Origin: Lytechinus pictus
Taxonomy: Eukaryota
Assembly (NCBI RefSeq): GCF_037042905.1
Contig: NC_087251.1
Location: 28,584,001 to 28,648,000 of the forward strand
Direction of reading: 5' to 3'
DNA: 64,000 bases
Below the pieces are notes generated by a model. That model was not told the DNA's origin and did no database searches. It saw nothing but the letters and a program-made list of their open reading frames with translations. The position numbers and the translations under genes are program-made. This document shows, in pieces, positions 49,001 to 60,427 of the stretch (position 1 is the stretch's first letter; every line of letters starts with the position of its first letter).

Positions 49001-50315
49001 TTTATGGGCTTAGAAGCATTGTAACTATGGTAACTCATCAAATGACAACTTCTCAGTGATGACAACATTGATGGAAATGTGCTGATGTACATATCGTTAG
49101 ACATATGATCAGGATGGCTTTGTGCAGGTAGATAAATTTCCTCTTATTAAGAAGCATCTGAATGCAGTGTTTCTATTTTTATTTTTTTTATTTATTTATT
49201 TTTTAAATCTAGGTTAAACTAGGAAATTCAATCCCACTAATCAAAATACCAGAGACACATTGCATCAAAGTTGCCATTATGGTAACTTTGCCATGCAATG
49301 GTTACTTGCATGGAATTCTTGATTTTGATTGACTGTTGACCATTGTTATCATGGTAGTTACCATTGGATGAAAAGTTGCCATAATAGTAACTTTATGCAA
49401 CAGGGCCCTAGAGAACTTTACTATAGATTTATGAAAAACTCACTTGGACCAGTTGCCAAAATCCATCTGGTGGCCGATTTATTGCCCATGTAGTAATGAT
49501 CGTTAAAATTTCATTTCATTCAACACCTTTTTTTTTGCTGTATATTTGCTGTGATTACATTTTCTTTCTTTGATTATTTTTTATGATCATATTTTCTGTT
49601 GGTCGATTTGATTAATCCCTGTATTCTTGAGTGTGTCTTACTCCTGGCTGAAGTACATATTAATATCATGTTATATTGTTTGGTTGCTTTGGAAAGAGCT
49701 AGGGGATCCAGTTCTTGCAAATGTGGCACATCTTTTTCTTTGTGAGGATTTGAACCTTGTATCCACTTGACCACAACTCCTTGAAAGAGCGTTCATTTAG
49801 CATGGGTTGCAAGGTTTTGAATTGCAGCAAAATTAACTAACCTCATCACCACACTGTTATTGCAATTTCATCAAACCATATGGGCAATCTGGGAACATTA
49901 TGATGTGTGTATATTAAAGGGAGTTGTCTCATGATTCCATATTTTATTTTTGTCCATTTTTATTCTTATAAAATCACTTTTATCCCTTTTTCATTTGGAG
50001 AAATTTGTGCCTCATAAATAAGAATCTCTTTGGTATCTCTTGACAAAGTCATATGTTTCTAAAGCAATTTACTTATAAACTGCTGAATTTGTTTGTATGT
50101 ACAATGTGGTCTTTGTTTTTGCTAATGTCAGTATTTTATACATGTAATTCATCTTCTTCTCTATTCTTTGTTAAAAATTTTGATTCCCCTAGGTGACCAG
50201 CACACCAAGTGATAGACCTCTATCCATTCAGACATCAGCAAAAAGACCTGGGGATGATCTGTCAACTTCAGCAACTTCAGTTAAGATACCATCGTTAGAG
50301 GCCAAGCCATTATGA
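26629..50315 (+). CDS. SRF: Serum response factor (MADS-box transcription factor), ~492 aa, 9 coding exons
   Basis: Exons 26629-26943,28835-29107,41818-41890,42524-42691,43645-43762,44158-44327,46102-46257,48476-48558,50193-50315 = 1479 nt in frame; MADS+SAM GRVKIKMEFIENKLRRYTTFSKRKTGIMKK|AYELSTLTGTQVMLLVASETGHVYTFATRKLQPMITSESGKALIQTCLN is SRF-type; start codon uncertain (26449/26629/26632/26638). Confidence 0.96.
26990..27581. mobile_element. Kolobok/T2-like MITE in SRF intron 1
   Basis: TTAA-AGGAGAATGAAAC...GTTTCATTCTCCT-TTAA with internal inverted arms; 46 nt downstream of the exon 1 donor. Confidence 0.85.
27880..28520. mobile_element. MITE (gtgtttcataaag...ctttatgaaatagcac) with a probable nested insertion (~28022-28465)
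   Basis: Outer inverted ends; inner inverted pair tgacaaatcatggagaaat / atttccccatgatttgtca. Confidence 0.5.
28835..29107 (+). CDS. SRF: SRF exon 2 (rest of MADS box, SAM domain, DQRMCATGFEETDLSY)
   Basis: attcag| acceptor, |gtaaac donor, 273 nt. Confidence 0.96.
29399..30603. mobile_element. Older Kolobok/T2-like MITE interrupted by a family A copy (29631-30225)
   Basis: Outer ends taaaggggtac...gtacccccttaa; inner element with its own TTAA TSD and TIRs. Confidence 0.75.
32272..32934. mobile_element. Probable non-autonomous DNA transposon
   Basis: Imperfect TIR gcggagatatggggaact / agttctcccctatctccgc. Confidence 0.5.
33367..33577. promoter_or_regulatory. Intronic CArG cluster (candidate SRF enhancer)
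   Basis: CCAATTATGG 33493-33502 and CCATATATGG 33568-33577 (canonical); CCAGATAAGG 33367-33376 and CCTTACATGG 33418-33427 (1 mismatch). Confidence 0.65.
34450..35018. mobile_element. Kolobok/T2-like MITE (family C)
   Basis: aaggaaaccaaaacccaagatgagaagcaa...ttgcttctcatcttgggttttagttcct-ttaa; related partial copy at 62847-63273. Confidence 0.8.
38427..38464. promoter_or_regulatory. MCAT + CRE + GC-box module
   Basis: TGGAATG 38427-38433, ATGACGTCAT 38440-38449, GGGGCGGGG 38456-38464. Confidence 0.45.
39257..39266. promoter_or_regulatory. Canonical CArG box
   Basis: CCATATATGG within the palindrome TCCATATATGGA. Confidence 0.5.
40485..40609. promoter_or_regulatory. Cluster of four one-mismatch CArG boxes around an MCAT site
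   Basis: CCATCTATGG 40485, CCATTGATGG 40519, GCATATATGG 40583, CATTCC 40593, GCATATAAGG 40600. Confidence 0.5.
41337..41597 (-). mobile_element. tRNA-derived SINE
   Basis: Minus strand reads GTGGAGCGTCGTGGCCCAGTGG (A box)...GGTTCAAATCCC (B box) and ends in an (ATT)n tail; related 3' fragment at ~54477-54558. Confidence 0.8.
41818..41890 (+). CDS. SRF: SRF exon 3 (EGRTMFQVTQVPGAG...)
   Basis: Long polypyrimidine tract + tttag|, |gtaaaa donor, phase 0->1. Confidence 0.82.
42524..42691 (+). CDS. SRF: SRF exon 4 (GHTFPMTTYLP..., Ser/Thr-rich)
   Basis: gtgtag| acceptor, phase 1; donor after 42691 or 42697; resembles vertebrate FPITNYL motif. Confidence 0.85.
43431..43588. mobile_element. Short MITE (ggggc..tttcataaag / ctttatgaaa..ggccc type); relatives at ~49250-49410 and ~52900-53053
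   Basis: Inverted ends and shared ttaccatg/gattgg core. Confidence 0.55.
43645..43762 (+). CDS. SRF: SRF exon 5 (Gln-rich)
   Basis: caacag| acceptor, |gtaaat donor, phase 1->2. Confidence 0.82.
44158..44327 (+). CDS. SRF: SRF exon 6 (LPQG..., poly-Ala/Thr)
   Basis: tattag| acceptor, |gtgagt donor, phase 2->1. Confidence 0.85.
45849..46185 (+). repeat. ~145-bp tandem triplication of the SRF intron 6/exon 7 boundary
   Basis: gggagtg.tgtatg.tgcat recurs at ~45868, ~46012, ~46154; ttcatccagctgcaggtaaca recurs with AG at 45954 and 46101. Confidence 0.85.
46102..46257 (+). CDS. SRF: SRF exon 7 (PLMYHAPQGVVYAASP...DGFFFN)
   Basis: atccag| acceptor (alternative ctgcag| 6 nt later), |gtaagt donor, phase 1->1; resembles vertebrate MMYPSPHAVMYA. 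Confidence 0.85.
46420..46815. repeat. Probable non-autonomous repeat with terminal hairpin
   Basis: tttatatgacacc / ggtgttatataaa inverted pair plus hairpin caaataatgaatgtt...ggacagaatacttc...gaagtattctgtcc...aacattcattatttg. Confidence 0.5.
47189..47828. mobile_element. Kolobok/T2-like MITE (family A) with an internal inverted duplication
   Basis: TTAA flanks, TIR aaagtccacctc / gaggtggacttt, body matches 5752-6354. Confidence 0.85.
48476..48558 (+). CDS. SRF: SRF exon 8 (ANVEGK...VPMPPIQLHVACQQ)
   Basis: tgttag| acceptor, CAG|gtggga donor, phase 1->0 bridges exon 7 to the long frame of the last exon. Confidence 0.7.
50193..50315 (+). CDS. SRF: SRF terminal coding exon (VTSTPSDRP...EAKPL*)
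   Basis: ccctag| acceptor, 41 codons to TGA 50313-50315. Confidence 0.72.
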   Translation: MTSTPSDRPLSIQTSAKRPGDDLSTSATSVKIPSLEAKPL

Positions 50316-51060
50316 TACAAAGCTGCCCTTCCCTGAGAAATGACTTTCTATTAAAATCCTTCTTTACTATAAACTCAACTGAGACCTGAAATCAATTTCT
50401 TGCATGTGGACATGTCTATTTTATAATGAAGAGATGTTATATTGAATGATGAGAGTTCGCACTGTAGCTTTAAGGTAGTATGGTAGTAAATTTGATATCA
50501 ATTGAATATTTATGCCTATGCACAACGTAGGTGGTTGTTAGATGCAATAATGCTTTTTGGGTCGTCCCTCTGCCCTACTGTACCATTTTTGTTTTGCTGA
50601 TAACTCAAGGACTGTTAGACAGATCAATTTCAAACTTGGTATAATTATGCATAGGAGTGGCAATGATCTGATCAGTTTTTTGTGATATAAAAATTAAGGA
50701 GTCATTATTTACATTGATATATCTTGTTCTCAACATTGTTAGAGGGATCAAATTCAAATTTTGCTCATATATGCATGTTGGAGGGAAAACGATCTGATTA
50801 GATAACAAGGCCAAAGGTCACAGAGGTCATTATTTGCATATCTCAGAAGTGCTTCTGAACTGGCTACGGCAGAGTCTTCAATTTGACTGCAGTTTAGAAT
50901 CTATCTACCTGTAGTTTATTAACATTTTTTTCACCCATTGAAATATCTTTACGCTCCACCTAATTAGTAAATAGTTTTACGCTCCACCTTTAGATACATG
51001 TGCAATTGTTAACAACTGTTATACTCTCAATTTGAAATAAGTTAATATCCACTGCTTACA

Positions 51061-51228
51061 ACTGGGCGTTGTGGCGTGCGCCTGTAATCCAAGCTGTGGG
51101 AAGTTACAAATTGATGCAGAGTTTTGAGCCCTGGTCACGTCTTTCGGATGGTGACGTTAAAGGTCGGTCCCAGACGTAAATAATCATATCTGATTGATAC
51201 ACGTCTGACAAAACTCAAATACACACAC
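51061..51228 (+). mobile_element. SINE-like element with a 7SL RNA (Alu-domain)-like head
   Basis: ACTGGGCGTTGTGGCGTGCGCCTGTAATCCAAGCT resembles the 7SL 5' end; TTGAGCCC at the 7SL-equivalent offset; then GTCTTTCGGATGGTGACGTTAAA and an (AC)4 tail. Confidence 0.65.
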
Positions 51229-54200
51229 TTTTCAGGGACATGTATTTGGTAAATAAGTAATTTAATCTCAATTTAGTCATCTGTGAAGAAATTGTTACTG
51301 ATCAATTTGAGTGGAGCAGTTGCTATGAAGTTTTAGTTTTTCTGTCCTGATTCCTACGGGCAGTGATTAGATACATTTAAGTACAGATTCGATTCAATGA
51401 ATTCAGTTATTTCATGTGGATCCCATGACACAAAGGACTGCAATCAATCTCAAAATGTCAATGACCAATCAAAGGTCAATGTTGCTTGCCCATTTTGTTG
51501 ATATGATTGATCAGTAACCAAATATATTTTTTTCAAATCGACTTTTGATCACAACCATTTGTGTAATGGGTCCATGTAGTTTATACTACAGACAAATTCT
51601 ATCAAAACGTTGCAGTCATTTGATTCACCTAAGGCAGCACAACTACTACCTTTGCATTTTCTTAAATTAAAATTCACAAAATGTTTCTTGTATTCTGATT
51701 GGAAAAAAAAACTTTTTCCCCTGATACATCATGAAATTGTTTGTTTATCATGTTATTTTTTTTTTACTGAAAACATATATTGTGCATGCCAAGAATACTC
51801 ATATTTTTTAGATTGAAAAACTCTTTTGATTGATTGATTGATAAACTGTTATTGTGCAAGTAGCAAAAGTACTTGGGTCATTAGAAAAGAATGAGTTATT
51901 TTCTATATTATCATTCCAGTTGTAGTGCATGGTAAACAGTACTTATTAAATATACAGAAAAGACCAGCTTGGCATCCATGGTATTCTAGAGTTTGCTGAT
52001 ACAGATTACAGAGAGGACCATTCTTTCAAATATCTAACTGTCTGTCAGTGATAAGGTTAAAGCAACTATTCTATTTTTCTTTGAAAATTAGCTGGTGACA
52101 TTTGATTGGCCAGCGGCAAATATGTGATAGAAATTAAGCATTTGTTAATTAATGAAGAGCACTGTAAAACGGCACTCAGGGACGCGGTCATGCAGTTATG
52201 CAGTTGGACACTGCATATTCAAAGAGGCTCTTTGAATGGAGTATGAATTGAAATAGTAAGTCAGTGTCAAATATTATCAGCCATTCACAGAATTTAAAAG
52301 AACCTTAGAAAGTCATCCAAAAATGATTATATCCCTCTCAATTATACGGGATACCGGGGTAAATTAAAAAATTAACGAAAGTTTCTTGGCAATTGGTCTT
52401 TATTGATTGACATGTCCATTTAATGAGTATGTACTCCAATTGGAAATTGGAAATATTGGCTTTATAGGGTTTGGACATAATGCTGTCTGATGATTTTTAT
52501 TGACAAACAAATGTGTACGTTTTGAAATATTTCTTCAACTTAAATATAGATTTACATCTAGACAATGACAGAGGGCGTTAGCTGCTTTAAAGTTGGATGT
52601 GTTCAAATTAATTTTCCGACCATGTTTGATGTTTAATGGTAGTAGATGGTATCCATAGACAGTGCCTTAAAGATTGATGGTCAAATACCTATTGACTGTA
52701 CTGAAATAAGCTGACAGAATTCTTCTAGAATATGGTGGATGTTATATATCCTGGGCACATTGCAGAAAGAGTTGTGTTTAAAAAAAAAATTGAAGCGTAT
52801 ATATATATATCTCTCATACGCGCATTTCATTGGTTGAAAATCAAGTTGCGCTAGATTTTTGGACTTGATTTTGATTGCAAATCTTTCTGCAACAATTTTC
52901 TGGGCCGCATTGCATAAAAGTTACTATTATGGTAACTTTACCATCCTGTGGTAACTTGCATGGTATCCTTGAGTTTGATTGGTTGTCCAGCATCAATGCG
53001 ATGGTGGTTGCCATTGGATGACAATAATTGTAACTTTTATGGGATAGGGCCCTGGACTGTCAAATTTATTGTTGGGAATTTTATGAGGAGAGTTAGATTT
53101 ATTATGCTCCTAATTTTTGATGCTTTACATCACAATGGTGCTATATGTTAGAAAGAACAAATATTCATACATGTGTATGTAGACAAGTTTTATCACTATT
53201 TTTCTTACATCTGTAATTGTAATTTGAACTCGATGCTCATATTTTTGTTTATATTACTTTGCCACATGAATCAATAGACTTAGCATTTTCAAGAATTGCA
53301 AGATATATTTTCGTAATCTTATTTTGTGCAAAAATTTCCAGAAAAATTGTTTAAAATATTCAGAAGCAGAAAAGTTTAATTTCATTTGGATGTAATGGAG
53401 TTGGTAGCGTGTAACCTATGAAAATTATGGTGTTTTATGTGCATGTTTGTGCATAAATTATGTTGCTATTTGAAGTTACTTGTGGGGTACATTAGGCCTT
53501 ATTGTCTGAAATCGCTTTGAGATTACACTGGCTGATTTAAATGATAGTGGTGACTGCCACGAGATAGATAAAGATATGCCCCAACATTTGTGGACCCTAT
53601 CTATTCCATATCCTGAATTAGATTTTATCATATCAATTTGACTTGCAATATTACTATAATATTACTATACTAATATTACTATTAATATTTTTGTTTGGGG
53701 TTTTACGCCTCAGGAAATATAGTAATTCCCTGTTCAACCTGGGATAAGTAATTCCCCACTATACTTTCTCCAAGCCTGGTATATTTGCATACTGTGTAGT
53801 TCAGCAGTCCTTGCTTGCCCTCAGTTTTGACCAACAAATCAGAGACTTTGATAAAGGCCTGTTGGGTAATGTACAGTATACTCCTTAAAATAAATCCTAT
53901 GGATCAGCGGTTTCTTTAATGTGCAAATATACATGACTGTACATACATCAATGAGTAACTTCCGTGAATTGAAATGTACAGTATCTTTGTAAATATAGGA
54001 TTTATTTGTAAACTTTACTGCCATTAACTTATTTATGAAGATTTGTAACATTGATGCTTTAATATTGAAGTTGTTCCATGCCTTGTATTACGAATTAAGA
54101 CGTGTCTTACTTTTTCGATTTGTACAAATATACAATTTGAACTCTGTAATTTCTTGGCACAAAAAGTAAGATTAAGGACAGAGAAGTCTTTTTCGGCACT

Positions 54201-55405
54201 GTTCTATTGATTACTTTTGTTGCTTTAATTTGACTCTTTGTTTCAAAGGAGACAGATTATTCAAAGTCACACTTGAAGTGCCTAATACTGTGTGTTGGAT
54301 ATGTCACATTATGTCTACTGTTTAAAAAAAAAAAAAATCTTTTCAATTTTGGTAATTTATGAAGAGCCTTCCTTAAAATAATGATTTTCTGGCAACCTTG
54401 ACTTCATGTTTCAGATTGTGTATTTTAACACAAAATCTTACATGATATTTTAAAATAATTTTTCTTTTTCACATACTAATAATGATAATAATAATATCAT
54501 ATTTTACCCAGGGTAGCCACTTCAGTTCTGAAAACTGTTCTCCCAGCAGGCCCTGCTTAACATTATAATGTTAACTGATTTGTACTTTGTCTTTACATCT
54601 TATTTTATGCAATCAATCAAGTGTTTTGTGAAGAAACACTTCATTTGAAATAATAGTTCAAAATATGTGCCACTGTCGCACTGAACTTTTGATAACACTC
54701 CCAGGAATGGGAAGCTATTGCTGCTGAAATTATGTTGTTTAAATTGGTCTATAAAACAATTTATTAAGATTTAGATGTTTTTATTTTATTATTATTATTA
54801 TTATTAATAGGTTTTTATAGAATACAACTCGTATTGGGCATTGCAAGAAACTGGCAGATAATTATAATCTATTTGAGGTTCCCAAACCAACCAATCATTA
54901 AAAAAAATCATGTCTTGCATCAATTTCAAATTGATTGCTAATCTACATGCAACAACAAGTGTGTAAAACTATTTACTACAGCTAAAGTTAGTCTATCAAT
55001 TGTACAAATTGCTAAAGAATTTTGCAATTCATTGAAAGTGTTTTCTGGCAACACCCTCTCAAACATTGGGCTTTGATTATGGTAGAGATGATAATCATTA
55101 AAATATGCATGTAGAGTTTAAAAGAACATGCAATGCATGCCCACAATTTTAAGGTGCTAAAGTGATCCTTATTATCCTTGGACAGTTTTGTTTTTACTTT
55201 TAAGGGTATGTTGCAGAAAATTGCAATCAAAAGCAACCCAGTAGTTCCTAATTTTTTTTCCACATAATGTGACAGTTCTCTATTCTCTGTTCATACTCCA
55301 ATCGGAGAATATTCAAAGAGTACGACTTATTTCTTTGCCTTAATGTTCCATTGATAAGTTGCATGAATTAAGCAAGTGAGTAATTTATTCTTTATATTTC
55401 TATTG

Positions 55406-55411
55406 AATAAA
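55406..55411 (+). terminator. Candidate distal SRF polyadenylation signal
   Basis: AATAAA followed by a U/GU-rich tract ~30-60 nt downstream; alternatives at 53889 (AATAAA) and 50350 (ATTAAA). Confidence 0.3.
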
Positions 55412-56578
55412 GAAAATATATTTTTAATGCGATATCCACTGTCTCCTTGTGTATATTCTTTGTTTTGACCATATTGGTATACAGGAAAGAACTAAAGTAG
55501 CATGGAGGAAAACATACTGGGGTTTGATTTCAGTGATTCAAATTGATTTCATAGTTAAACATTCCACAAAATATACATATTCATTTAGAGGATATTGTTT
55601 TAAATATTTTTATAAAGAATGTAATAATTGCAAAAAAAAAGCATTTAGAGTTTGACAAAGAAATGACACTAATATAAATATGCAGAATTTGTTAAAAGGC
55701 AAAGCTTTTACAGGAGAAATACTTAAACTCATAACGCAATGAAGATAGTTGACTCAAATGAAGAAAAATAAATGCATTATAAAGATGTCAAGTTTATTTC
55801 TGTTTATAACTTTTTGACCACTCCAAGAATTTCATAATGAAAAGAGTTTGTATAAAGGCATTTCATGGAACGTTGATCATTTTAAAAGACTATGAGAAGG
55901 CCAGAAAAATACCAGCAAGACGAGATTTTCTTTCAATTCCCTTAATAACATTGGATCACTGAATCCCACGATTGCATGCGCTGTTGAATACTTTTCACGA
56001 AAGCCAAATGGTGATATAATAGTATTATTGCAAAATGTGATAAATGTTACAATAATATATTGGAGGGGGAGGGGCTATAGAATTTTAGAGAAAATAGTCA
56101 ACAGAAGTAGCACAAAGAGCCAAAAGCTTTGAGGGGCCAGGTATGGCATATGGGGCGAAATTTCTTTTTAAAAACTGAGTGAGCGAAGTGAGAAAGCCAA
56201 ACTTTTGGCCTTTCTAATACAAAATCTCATTTTGTGATAGATTCTGACATAATATTCAGAAAATAATATATTTCACACGTTTCCCTTTCTTTCTTTTTCT
56301 CCTTTTTTCTTGTTCATAATTTTTTGGGGGTGGGGGATGGTCCATGGCCCCCAAGCCCACCCCTCCTCATCTGTATGACTCGACATAGATATAGGACGAA
56401 TGACTGACAAAGGGAGACGACCAGGACGTCCCCCTTCCAGATGGAGGGACCAAGTCAGACGAGATGTGGGCCTCCCTCTACTAGGTCTTCAGACCTAGCC
56501 CAGGGTTGAACTGAACGGAAAAGGATAACCCGTAGGAGAGCGAAGGGACCCACCGTCCTATGCACATAAGTCAGTAAG

Positions 56579-58756
56579 CACTAGCGTACCTATGGGGGGC
56601 AGGGGGGCAGACTGCCCCCCTGACGAGTCACAAGCAAAAAAAAAAAAAGCGAAAAAGGGAAAGAAAAGAGGGAAAAGGAAAGAGAGAAAAAAGGGGGAAG
56701 GGGAAAAAGAAGAAAGGGGAAAACAAAAACTGGACTGCAGACTGTCAGAAAAAATGATAAACTGTCGAGCACACGGGGCTGTTCCAACTGATTTGTTTTT
56801 TAGTTCCACCATCTTTGTCGGTAAATGTCAATTTAACTGTACACTTTTATCGGTAAATTGTGATTTTTACGCAATGCGACTTTTAGAGCTCTCTGATCAT
56901 GGACTGGGCTAACCAGAGACAGGAAAAGGTAGCGAACAACTTTTAGGTAATATAATTATAACAATGATAATTTCGCTCGCGCTTCGCGCTCGCATCAATT
57001 AATTATTCAGTTAAAAACCAATTTGTTCATGGTTACTAAAAGTGCTTAGAATATCCAGTTCTTAAGTCGGAATATCAAAAGTTTTAGCTCGCGCTTTGCG
57101 CCCGCATGACTGTTCAGATACCCATCTTGTAAAACTGATTAGAATGTCTAGTGTCCAGTTAGGAATATCAAAATTTTTAGCTCGCGCTTCGCGCTCGCAT
57201 AATTTATTCAGGAAGATACCCATCCTATTCATAGTTAAGTGCACAAAATGTATCGTTTTAGGTCTAATTTTTTAGAAAATTTCAGCTCGCGCTTTGCGCT
57301 CGCATCAATTAATTATTCAGTTAAAAACAAATTTGTTCATGGTTAGTAAAAGTGCTTAGGATATCCAGTTCTTAAGTCGGAATATCAAAAGTTTTAGCTC
57401 GCGCTTTGCGCCCGCATGACTGTTTAGATACCCATCTTGTAAAACTGATTAGAATGTCTAGTGTCCAGTTAGGAATATCAAAATTTTTAGCTCGCGCTTC
57501 GCGCTCGCATAATTTATTAAGGAAGATACCCATCCTATTCATAGTTAAGTGCATAAAAATGTATCGTTTTAGGTCTAAATTTTTAGAAAATTTCAGCTCG
57601 CGCTTTGCGCTCGCAATTATTATTTTTTATATAATTTTAGTGTAAATTGTTAGGCAAGTGTAATTAAAAGTGAAGACTTTTTGGAGGTGGGGCTTGTCAA
57701 ATTTTTGTAAACAAAATGTCCCCCTTGAAAATCCTGGATCTGCCCCTGGGTTGGATATAGATGAGTACTGTTCGTCGGACGTCAGTAATCGGTACTGATA
57801 TCTGTCGGGTAAAGGCCTAGCTATACCCCTGCTTACACATTCCTCTGGTTATTACTGTCCCCCTATCTATCCTATGTACCTGATCCCTTCGTCCGCCTAT
57901 CTATCTTTTCCAATTTCAATTCCCTCAACCTTCTGACATTCCTGCCAGTGAGTGAGTGATTTTCCCCATATCTAGTGATATATCATGTTACTGTCGCATA
58001 TATTTTCACGTTCATATTTATTTTTTCATGAGTGGATGGATGCGTTTATTTTTGTTTTAATTGTGTATATGGAAATAAAACAAATGCAAATCAATACATG
58101 AATACAACTGATTTCAATGTCAAATACCTCTTTTATAACGTCTCCAAATGAGCAGAATTGGGAACATAATGTAAACACCTTCAAAGAGTAATAAAGGAAG
58201 TATTTTGATATAAACATTGCAATTACCACTTGATTAGAAATATATCGATCACGATCCAATACATTTCATTTCTGGAATGATATACAGAAATAATAATAAT
58301 TTCGACAATAAAGTGCAATCGCCCGATAGCAAATATCAGTAGTAGCAAGATCCCAACTGTTTTATTGGGCATCCCCTGGGTAACCTTTCCCACATTCAGT
58401 GCCACTTCCAGACCTACACATCCAAACGTGTATGGAGGGGGGGGGGGGTTGCAAAATGCAGGGCAACCGAGGACTACGAGGTGCCCAAAAATCCTCGTGT
58501 ATTGGTAATTTGATGACCGAATTTATAATTTCTGCAAGTTCCATATCATGTACAAAGGCTAAATAATAATTGGGAAAAAATGTTCGCTCGCTTCGCTCGC
58601 TCGAAAATTAAAAACTGTGAATTTGATATTTGGGCAATGATTATCAGCCCCCCTTGAAAACTGTGCCTATACGTCCATGCCTACTACCCCCCGCCTTGCT
58701 TATTTTTGTCGCTTGTCCCCCCCCCCCCCTGACGAAATATGCCAGGTACGCCACTG
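56579..58756. mobile_element. Composite non-autonomous hAT-like element, 2.2 kb
   Basis: Ends CACTAGCGTACC / GGTACGCCACTG; exact 8-bp TSD TCAGTAAG at 56571-56578 and 58757-58764. Confidence 0.8.
56975..57615. repeat. Near-identical 310-bp tandem duplication
   Basis: Unit starts at 56975 and 57285; duplicated ORFs 57062-57244 and 57372-57554 in the track. Confidence 0.92.
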
Positions 58757-60427
58757 TCAGTAAGTCATAGGACGATAGTTCTCCAAATCGTCATCTGAAC
58801 ATATTTTATTGACAGGTATACTATTAACAACCATCATACTATCAGGGACAATGATACACTGAAGAGATAAATTTTATTTATATGCGTCAAGGGATCCATA
58901 ATTTCACGAATACGACAAGATCACAGTGACATAATGAGAGGGGGGATATGGGTACGACATGTGTGTGAAAAATATTTCTTATAAGTCCTGAGTGAGAAAG
59001 TAGAGCAACTGAAGCAGAAAAATTACCTTTTTGGAATGAAAATCTAATTTTGTAATAGATTTTTACATAATATTCAGAAAACAACATCGTATCTTACCCC
59101 TTTTCCTTTCCTTTTTTTTTCTTGGTGGTGGAACTTTTGGGAGCCATGACCCAAGCCCCCCCCCCCCCCCCCCCATATCTGCGTCAGTAGAATTTCATGA
59201 CCCAGGTCCCCCTTTCACAGTTTCAGTAACACGTGTTTATCGTTTTGTTTTGGGGTTTTTTACAATTGGCACACCTGAAGTAAAAAAGATTCACAAAAAC
59301 TTTACATTGGTAATATATTCTGTTTTCCCCAGCATTAGGAAAATGCCCTGAACAGAGTATGATAAACCTATTACATGTCTACATAGGAAGTAAATAAAAG
59401 AGCATACCGAGAGACCCTATGTATGGGATTTTTCAACATAATCATAATGTGCAAAATAATACAAGAGTACTCATATTTTCGTTAGAATAACAATCATTCA
59501 AAATTCATATAGGCCTATATATTTGGAAAGCGATTTTCAAAACAAATCATCAAATAAATCTGAGCCGCCCTTTTGAAATATCAACATTATAATTAAAACA
59601 TGATTAATTACTGTAAAATGACAGATGAACAAAACTTTGGACGAGAAAACCAAAACATTTTTTTTTCTTCAGTGATCTTGTATTGTGGTGTGAAAGAACT
59701 GTCCAGTGGTATAGTATATGAGTTACACTGGAGTTGGGGTTTTCCAAAGGTAACTTTATTTTCGTATCAAAAGGAAAAATAAAGGGGTATAAGCTATCCC
59801 TTAACATTGCTTGCCCCATTCAATCTTTTCATATGCGATTCAGCACCGTACTTATGGGATTAAATATTTTCTTTATCACTCCTCTTAATTTGTTGTTTCA
59901 CCTTTCTTTTTTTTGGTCACATCGAAAATAACAGAAACTCTTGAACACCATTCTAGTGGGCATACTAGCAGTCCCTTTCACCTTTTTTTTGGCGGGGGGG
60001 TGCAGTGGGGGGGCTAATGTTAAAAGAAAAATGAATAAAAAATAGAATTGCGATATGATTGTTTATTGGTGTGGATGCAAAAAAATATTTGGTACATGAT
60101 TCATATGGATAACATTTGAAGGTACAACTTCAAAATATAAAGGTGAATGAGAGAGGGAGGGAGAGAGAGAGAGAGGGAGAGGGAGAGAGAGAAAGAGAGT
60201 GGGAGAATGAATCGGGGGAAAGGGGTCAGAAAGAGAAAACCAAGAAGGAGAAATTTGGGTGTCATTGATTTCGTATGAGCCAAATCCCGACTGCTCGATC
60301 TCCAAGAGGAAAAAAAACAAGAAAATAATGATCTGCTTAATACATCGGAACGGCATGTCTAAGCGCTTTACAGATATATTATTACCCCGGTCATCGGATT
60401 TAATCAGTCATTCCCGCACACAATGTG

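Noticed and set aside
51061..51228. Human Alu contamination or a functional 7SL gene
   Set aside because: No Alu dimer or poly-A linker, no SRP S domain, and it is contiguous with local AT-rich sequence; kept instead as a SINE-like finding.
50316..55411. miRNA seed matches in the putative SRF 3' UTR (miR-124-type GTGCCTTA 52662, miR-92-type GTGCAAT 51000, miR-1-type CATTCCA ~51912)
   Set aside because: A few 7-8mers are expected by chance in 5 kb, and UTR extent and conservation are unknown.
56592..56912. Lys-rich 106-aa ORF
   Set aside because: Translation of a purine-rich low-complexity tract at a MITE end.
57062..57645. Duplicated 60-aa ORFs
   Set aside because: Products of the 310-bp tandem duplication inside a non-autonomous element; no transposase motifs.
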